Source: an uncultured Sphingomonas sp. (GTDB lineage: Bacteria; Pseudomonadota; Alphaproteobacteria; Sphingomonadales; Sphingomonadaceae). Taken from it: a DNA stretch of 64,000 nucleotides. How positions within the stretch are numbered: position 1 is the stretch's first letter; each line of letters begins with the position of its first letter. Below, piece by piece: positions 59,121-64,000 of the stretch. Below the pieces are notes generated by a model. That model saw only the letters and a program-made list of their open reading frames with translations, was not told the origin of the DNA and ran no database searches. Position numbers and translations under genes: made by a program. The stretch is taken from NCBI RefSeq assembly GCF_913774285.1, contig NZ_CAJYHX010000017.1:2873-66872 (forward strand), given 5' to 3'.

Positions 59121-59603
59121 TCATCCCTTGATGTGGAGCACGCAGATCAGCGTGAACAGCCGCCGCGCAGTATCGAAATCGACGTCGATCTTGCCCTCCA
59201 GCGCGGTGCGGAGCAGCTCGGCGCTGTCGTTGTGGATGCCGCGCCGGGCCATGTCGACCGTCTCGATCTGCGCGGGCGTCGCGTTGCGGATCGCCTGGTA
59301 ATAGCTGTCGCAGATCGCGAAATAGTCGCGGATCGGCCGGCGGAAGCGGGCGAGGCCGAGCACGATCGTCTCCAGCGGCGTATCGTCCGCCCGCCGGATC
59401 GCGAGCGCCAGCCGACCTTCCTCGACGCTGAGGTGCAGCTTGTACGGCCCGGCATAGCCGTCGGCCTGTTCGCGCTGGGGGGCGAAGTGATTGTCCTCGA
59501 GCAGATCGTAGATCGCGATCCGGCGTTCCTGCTCGATATCCGCCGAGCGCCACAGGATGGTGCGCTCGTCGAGGGTCACGTCGATGATCCGCGGATCGGC
59601 CAT
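59121..59603 (-). CDS. UPF0262 family protein
   Basis: EQERRIAIYDLLEDNHF, IRDYFAICDSYYQAIR, IETVDMARRGIHN, DTARRLFTLICVLH. Confidence 0.9.
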   Translation of the reverse strand: MADPRIIDVTLDERTILWRSADIEQERRIAIYDLLEDNHFAPQREQADGYAGPYKLHLSVEEGRLALAIRRADDTPLETIVLGLARFRRPIRDYFAICDSYYQAIRNATPAQIETVDMARRGIHNDSAELLRTALEGKIDVDFDTARRLFTLICVLHIKG

Positions 59604-59683
59604 AGGCCGCAGCTTTGGAAGCATTCCCCGTTTTCCACAAGCCATGCGGTTGCCGTCGCCGCCGCATTGGAGGATGAGGCGGC

Positions 59684-61180
59684 ATGGCACAGCCGATCCC
59701 TTTCCCCACCCAGGAGCCCCAAGAGGGCCTCAGCCTCCCCCAGAATGTCGAGGCGGAAGCAGCGCTGCTCGGCGCGATGATGATCGACAACCGAGTCGCG
59801 GAAGACGTCCTCCAGAAGATTCGACCCGAGCATTTCTTCGAGCCGCTGCACGGCCGCATCTATGAGCAGATCGCGCATCTGGTCGGCGACAACCGCCTCG
59901 CCACCCCGGTGACGCTGCGCCCGCTGTTCGCCAACGATCCGGCGATGAAGGAGCTGGGCGGCCCGGCCTATCTCGCCCAGTTGACCGGCAACCCGGCCAG
60001 CCTGATCGGCGCGCGCTCGTTCGCCGACCAGATCTACGATCTCGCCCAGCTCCGCGCGCTGGTCGATGTGGGCCGCGGCATGGTGGAGGGCGCGCTCGAC
60101 ACCAGCCAGGACATCAACCCCTCCAAGCAGATCGAGCAGGCCGAACTCCGCCTCTACCAGGTCGCCGAGCAGGGCGATTCGGAAGCCGGCGTGAAGTCCT
60201 TCACCCGCGCCGCGACGCTCGCGGTCAAGCAGGCCGAGAAGGCGATGAACTCGGGCGGCGGCATCTCGGGCATCACCACCGGCCTCAGCGACCTCAACGC
60301 CTCGACCGGCGGTTTCAACCGATCGGACCTGCTGATCCTCGCCGGCCGCCCGGGCATGGGCAAGACCTCGCTCGCGACCAACATCGCGTTCAATGCCGCC
60401 AAGCGCTGGATGGACGATCTCGACGCGGGCATCGCCGAGGAGAAGTCGATCGGCGCGCCGGTGGCGTTCTTCAGCCTCGAAATGTCGGCCGACCAGCTGG
60501 CGATGCGTATCCTGTCCGAGCAGGCCGAGGTCGTCTCGGAAAAGCTGCGTACCGGCCAGCTGAGCAATGCCGAGTTCCAGAAGTTCGCGCGCGCCGCGGG
60601 CGATCTGGAGCGGCTGCCGCTCTATATCGACGACACGCCCGGCCTCACCATCGCGGCGCTGCGCACCCGCGCGCGGCGGCTCAAGCGCCAGCACAAGATC
60701 GGCATGGTGATCGTCGACTATCTCCAGCTGCTCACCGGATCGGCCAAGGCCTCGGGCGATGGGCGCGTGCAGGAAATCTCGGAGATTTCGCGCGGCCTCA
60801 AGACGCTGGCCAAGGAACTCCATGTCCCGGTGCTGGCGCTCTCCCAGCTGAGCCGCGCAGTGGAAAGCCGCGAGGACAAGCGCCCGCAGCTCTCCGACCT
60901 TCGCGAATCCGGCTCGATCGAGCAGGACGCCGACATCGTGCTGTTCGTGTATCGCGACGAATATTATCACGATTTCAAGGCGCCCACGAAGATCCCCGAC
61001 GGCACCGAAACCGCCGAGGAGCGCATGGCCTATGAGGAATGGCAGGCGCGCCAGCTGGAAGTGGCCAACAAGGCGACGGTGATCATCGCCAAGCAGCGCC
61101 ATGGTGCTACGGGCTCGGTGCATATGCGCTTCGACCGGCAGTTCACCAAGTTCAGCGATCTGGCGCCGGAGGGGTATTGA
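59684..61180 (+). CDS. dnaB: Replicative DNA helicase
   Basis: PQNVEAEAALLGAMM, LILAGRPGMGKT, FSLEMS, IVDYLQL, LSQLSRAVE.REDKRPQLSDLRESGSIEQDAD, AKQRHG. Confidence 0.98.
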   Translation: MAQPIPFPTQEPQEGLSLPQNVEAEAALLGAMMIDNRVAEDVLQKIRPEHFFEPLHGRIYEQIAHLVGDNRLATPVTLRPLFANDPAMKELGGPAYLAQLTGNPASLIGARSFADQIYDLAQLRALVDVGRGMVEGALDTSQDINPSKQIEQAELRLYQVAEQGDSEAGVKSFTRAATLAVKQAEKAMNSGGGISGITTGLSDLNASTGGFNRSDLLILAGRPGMGKTSLATNIAFNAAKRWMDDLDAGIAEEKSIGAPVAFFSLEMSADQLAMRILSEQAEVVSEKLRTGQLSNAEFQKFARAAGDLERLPLYIDDTPGLTIAALRTRARRLKRQHKIGMVIVDYLQLLTGSAKASGDGRVQEISEISRGLKTLAKELHVPVLALSQLSRAVESREDKRPQLSDLRESGSIEQDADIVLFVYRDEYYHDFKAPTKIPDGTETAEERMAYEEWQARQLEVANKATVIIAKQRHGATGSVHMRFDRQFTKFSDLAPEGY

Positions 61181-61271
61181 TAAGGGCGCTTAGTCGGGCG
61201 GAAGTATTACTCAAAGCCGTAGTGCAGATTGGGTTGACCTCGATTCTGCATGCCTAAAGAGGGGTTTTATC

Positions 61272-61931
61272 GTGGAGAGGCTGAGTGGCTGGGATGTGAT
61301 CCGAGACTTCATGGATCAGCTCGCCATATATGGAAAATCGGGTGCCATATACCGCGGGCAGGCGAGGAAGGAGTGGACCGTCATCCCGTCGGGATATCGT
61401 GATGCTTCCAAAGGTGTCACGAATACTGCGCGATTGGATGATTGGAAGTGGCGCGCCGCCCGATTTGCATCGCCTTTGCCTCAGGACGATGTCGAGTGGC
61501 TCGTCATGGCTCAGCACTATGGCTTAGCGACTCCGCTGCTAGACTGGACTACTAGTCCGCTTATTGCCCTATTTTTCGCTTGTGAGGGATATGAACATAT
61601 CGGTCATGATGGGTGCGTCTGGATTAGCGATCTTGATCAGTTTGATATTGCCTACAACACGTTGTTGATAAGTCCGTTTGGCGAACGGAAAAAGCCTTTT
61701 GCTATCAACGGCGTTGGCCGAAATGTTAGGTCGACGGCGCAAGATAGTATCCTTACGCTTCACGCTGCCTCTGACCCAATGAATTTTCGGCATGATCAAA
61801 TATTTTTAGTGCCGAGTGGCCTGAAAATTGATGTAATGAATGAACTATCTAAGTTAGGGATATCTGCCGATCGTCTTCTTTATGACATAAATCATCTGGT
61901 TTCGGCCATAAAGGCCGGGTATAAGTACTAG
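61272..61931 (+). CDS. FRG domain-containing protein (low-GC insertion)
   Basis: IYRGQA, MAQHYGLATPLLDWTTSPLIALFFA; sampled line 61801-61860 has 21/60 G+C versus 41/60 in dnaB line 60601-60660. Confidence 0.88.
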   Translation: MERLSGWDVIRDFMDQLAIYGKSGAIYRGQARKEWTVIPSGYRDASKGVTNTARLDDWKWRAARFASPLPQDDVEWLVMAQHYGLATPLLDWTTSPLIALFFACEGYEHIGHDGCVWISDLDQFDIAYNTLLISPFGERKKPFAINGVGRNVRSTAQDSILTLHAASDPMNFRHDQIFLVPSGLKIDVMNELSKLGISADRLLYDINHLVSAIKAGYKY

Positions 61932-61956
61932 TTAATCGTCTGATTGGCATTTTAAT

Positions 61957-62649
61957 TCAAACGCTCGTCCCCACAAGCCGCCCAATCCCGGCGGTCAGCG
62001 CCATCGCCAGCGCGCCCCAGAACACCACCCGCACCACCGGCTTGAGCGGCTTGGCCCCGCCGGTGATCGCGCCCAGCGCGCCGAGCAGGGCGAGGAACAG
62101 GATTGATCCCGCCGCTTCGCCCGCCGCCATCCAGCGCATCGGCAGCAGCGCGGCGAGCAGCAGCGGCAGCGCCGCGCCCGCCGTGAAGGTCGCCGCCGAG
62201 GTGAGCGCGGCGACCACCGGCCGCGCGGTGGTCATTTCGGTGATGTGCAGCTCGTCGCGGGCATGGGCCTCCAGCGCATCATGCGCCATCATCTGCTCGG
62301 CCGCCGCCTTGGCCGTCGCGGGATCGACGCCGCGGCCGACATAGATGGCGGCCAGCTCGGTCAGCTCGGCCTCGGGCGTGGTGGCGAGTTCCAGCCGCTC
62401 GCGGGCGAGGTCGGCGCGTTCGGTATCGGATTGCGAGCTGACCGAGACATACTCGCCCGCCGCCATCGACATCGCCCCCGCGACCAGCCCCGCCACGCCC
62501 GCGACGAGCAGCGCCGGCCGCTCGGCGCCCGAGGCGGCGACCCCCAGGATCAGGCTTGCGGTGGAGACGATGCCGTCATTCGCCCCCAGCACGGCGGCGC
62601 GCAGCCAGCCGATCCGGGCGACGAGATGCTGTTCGCGGTGTGGGCGCAT
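61957..62649 (-). CDS. VIT1/CCC1 family Fe/Mn transporter
   Basis: LRAAVLGANDGIVSTASL, AGAMSMAAGEYVSVSSQ, HARDELHI. Confidence 0.93.
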   Translation of the reverse strand: MRPHREQHLVARIGWLRAAVLGANDGIVSTASLILGVAASGAERPALLVAGVAGLVAGAMSMAAGEYVSVSSQSDTERADLARERLELATTPEAELTELAAIYVGRGVDPATAKAAAEQMMAHDALEAHARDELHITEMTTARPVVAALTSAATFTAGAALPLLLAALLPMRWMAAGEAAGSILFLALLGALGAITGGAKPLKPVVRVVFWGALAMALTAGIGRLVGTSV

Positions 62650-62758
62650 GGGGTTCCTCCGGCGATGGTCTCGCGGAGAGGATGGGGCGGGGCTCCGGCA
62701 CGGGCAATGGGGGACATCCCGTGGGTGTAGCGGGAGGGGCGGTTGATGGCCTTTCCAC

Positions 62759-62853
62759 CGTCATCCCGGCGGAAGCCGGGATCCATTCGCCACTCCGCCG
62801 CTGCAGAAGCCGGTACGGAGACCCAAATGGATCCCGGCTTTCGCCGGGATGAC
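62759..62853. repeat. CGTC-tagged REP doublet (REPIN-like), second copy
   Basis: CGTCATCCCGGCGGAAGCCGGGATCCA ... TGGATCCCGGCTTTCGCCGGGATGAC. Confidence 0.85.
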
Positions 62854-62873
62854 CGCTAGAGGGGAGCGGCGGC

Positions 62874-64000
62874 TCAATCCTTCAGCGTCAGGAACGCGGT
62901 CACGCCTGCCGCCACCGCCAGCGCCGCGCACACCAGCGCCGCGACATGGAACCCGCCGACCAGCGCCGCGCCGGTCTGCGACAGCACCGCGCCGGCCAGC
63001 GCGGTCGCGACCAGCCCGCCGGTCCGCGCGATCGCGCTGTTGAAGCCCGAGGCCGTCCCCGTGAAGCGATCGTCGACCGAGGCAAGCACCGCCGTGGTCA
63101 GCGGCGCCACCGCGCCGGCCATGCCCAGCGACAGCACCAGCATGCCCGGCAGGATGCTCGTCCAGTAGCTCGCCTGCGGGTCCGCGCCGGAGAGCAGCCA
63201 GAAGCCGAGGCCGGTCACGATCGGCCCGATCGAAAGCGGCCAGCGCCCGCCGATCCGCGCCGCCAGCCGCCCGGCGAAGCGCGAGGAGACGCCGATCACG
63301 ATCGAGAAGGGGAGCAGCGCCAGCCCTGCCTGTGCGGGCGGATAGCCGCCGCCGACGATCAGCAGATAGGGCAGCAGCAGGATCAGCCCGCCGAGCGCGC
63401 CATAGAGCAGCAGCGTCAGCACGGTGAGGCCGACAAAGGGCAGCGACCCGAACAGCGCCAGCGGCATCATCGCGCGCTCGCCCAGCCGATGCTGGTGGAG
63501 CACGAACCCGGCCAGCAGCGCCACGCCGCCGAGCAGGCCGATGGTCGATTGCGTGGAGACCGCATGGCTGCTCGACCAGAGGGTGAGCGCCCAGGTCAGA
63601 CTGCCCAGCCCGGCGGTGGCGAGCGCCGCGCCCAGCCAGTCGAGCCCGCCCTTGCCGCGCGGGCTCTCGGGGACGAAGCGCCAGGCGATAGCGATCGCCG
63701 CGGCGGCTACGGGCAGGTTGAGGTAGAAGATCGCGCGCCAGCCGACCGCGTCGACCAGCCAGCCGCCGAGCGGCGGGCCGACCGCAGAGGCGATCGCGCC
63801 GGCTGAGGCCCAGGTGCCGATCGCGCGCCCGCGTGCCTCGCCGTGGAAGCTGCTGCCGAGCAGGCCGAGGCTGTTGGGCATCAGGATCGCCGCGCCGATC
63901 CCCTGCAGCGCCCGCGAGGCGAGGAGCAGATCGGTGCCCTTCGAAAGCGCGCAGCCGAGCGAGGCCAGCGCGAAGATCGCCACGCCCAGGATCAGCATCC
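62874..64000 (-). CDS. MFS transporter, DHA2/EmrB-like (partial, start beyond the right edge)
   Basis: SRALQGIGAAILMP, ARGRAIGTWA, LGGWLV..GWRAIFYLNLPV, GTASGFNSA. Confidence 0.9.
   Translation of the reverse strand, partial: MLILGVAIFALASLGCALSKGTDLLLASRALQGIGAAILMPNSLGLLGSSFHGEARGRAIGTWASAGAIASAVGPPLGGWLVDAVGWRAIFYLNLPVAAAAIAIAWRFVPESPRGKGGLDWLGAALATAGLGSLTWALTLWSSSHAVSTQSTIGLLGGVALLAGFVLHQHRLGERAMMPLALFGSLPFVGLTVLTLLLYGALGGLILLLPYLLIVGGGYPPAQAGLALLPFSIVIGVSSRFAGRLAARIGGRWPLSIGPIVTGLGFWLLSGADPQASYWTSILPGMLVLSLGMAGAVAPLTTAVLASVDDRFTGTASGFNSAIARTGGLVATALAGAVLSQTGAALVGGFHVAALVCAALAVAAGVTAFLTLKD

Noticed and set aside
61181-61956. FRG gene as part of a prophage or IS element
   Set aside because: No integrase, transposase, terminal inverted repeats or att-like direct repeats visible; recorded only as a low-GC insertion.

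Overview
GC-rich alphaproteobacterial chromosome segment. Gene content, gene order and repeat types point to Sphingomonas or a close sphingomonad (inference). Most of it is housekeeping: argJ, secA, add plus a phosphoribosyltransferase, trxB, the cysG/cobA-DUF2849-cysI-DUF934-cysH sulfur operon, trpE/G/D/C-moaC, ppiD, tpiA, an M17 aminopeptidase, rimO, amn, cdd and dnaB. Accessory or unusual parts are: (i) two tandem Pro-Thr-stalk lipoproteins with TbpB-like C-terminal barrels between argJ and secA; (ii) an unannotated ~86-aa ORF with a hydrophobic N-terminus and a structured spacer directly upstream of secA, in a secM-like layout; (iii) a beta-helix protein, an O-acyltransferase and a TonB receptor with a perfect CtrA box; (iv) a 14-gene exosortase-A/PEP-CTERM-type exopolysaccharide cluster with no xrtA at its usual position, a probable deletion scar, and a hydrolase lacking its usual nucleophile; (v) an RcnR/DmeR-type repressor with its operator, divergent from a MnoP/OprB-like porin; (vi) a low-GC FRG-domain gene behind dnaB; (vii) REP/MITE-like palindromes. 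No rRNA, tRNA, CRISPR array, integrase or transposase was seen. Family names come from motif recognition, not database searches. Several start codons were moved from the ORF track to more plausible positions.
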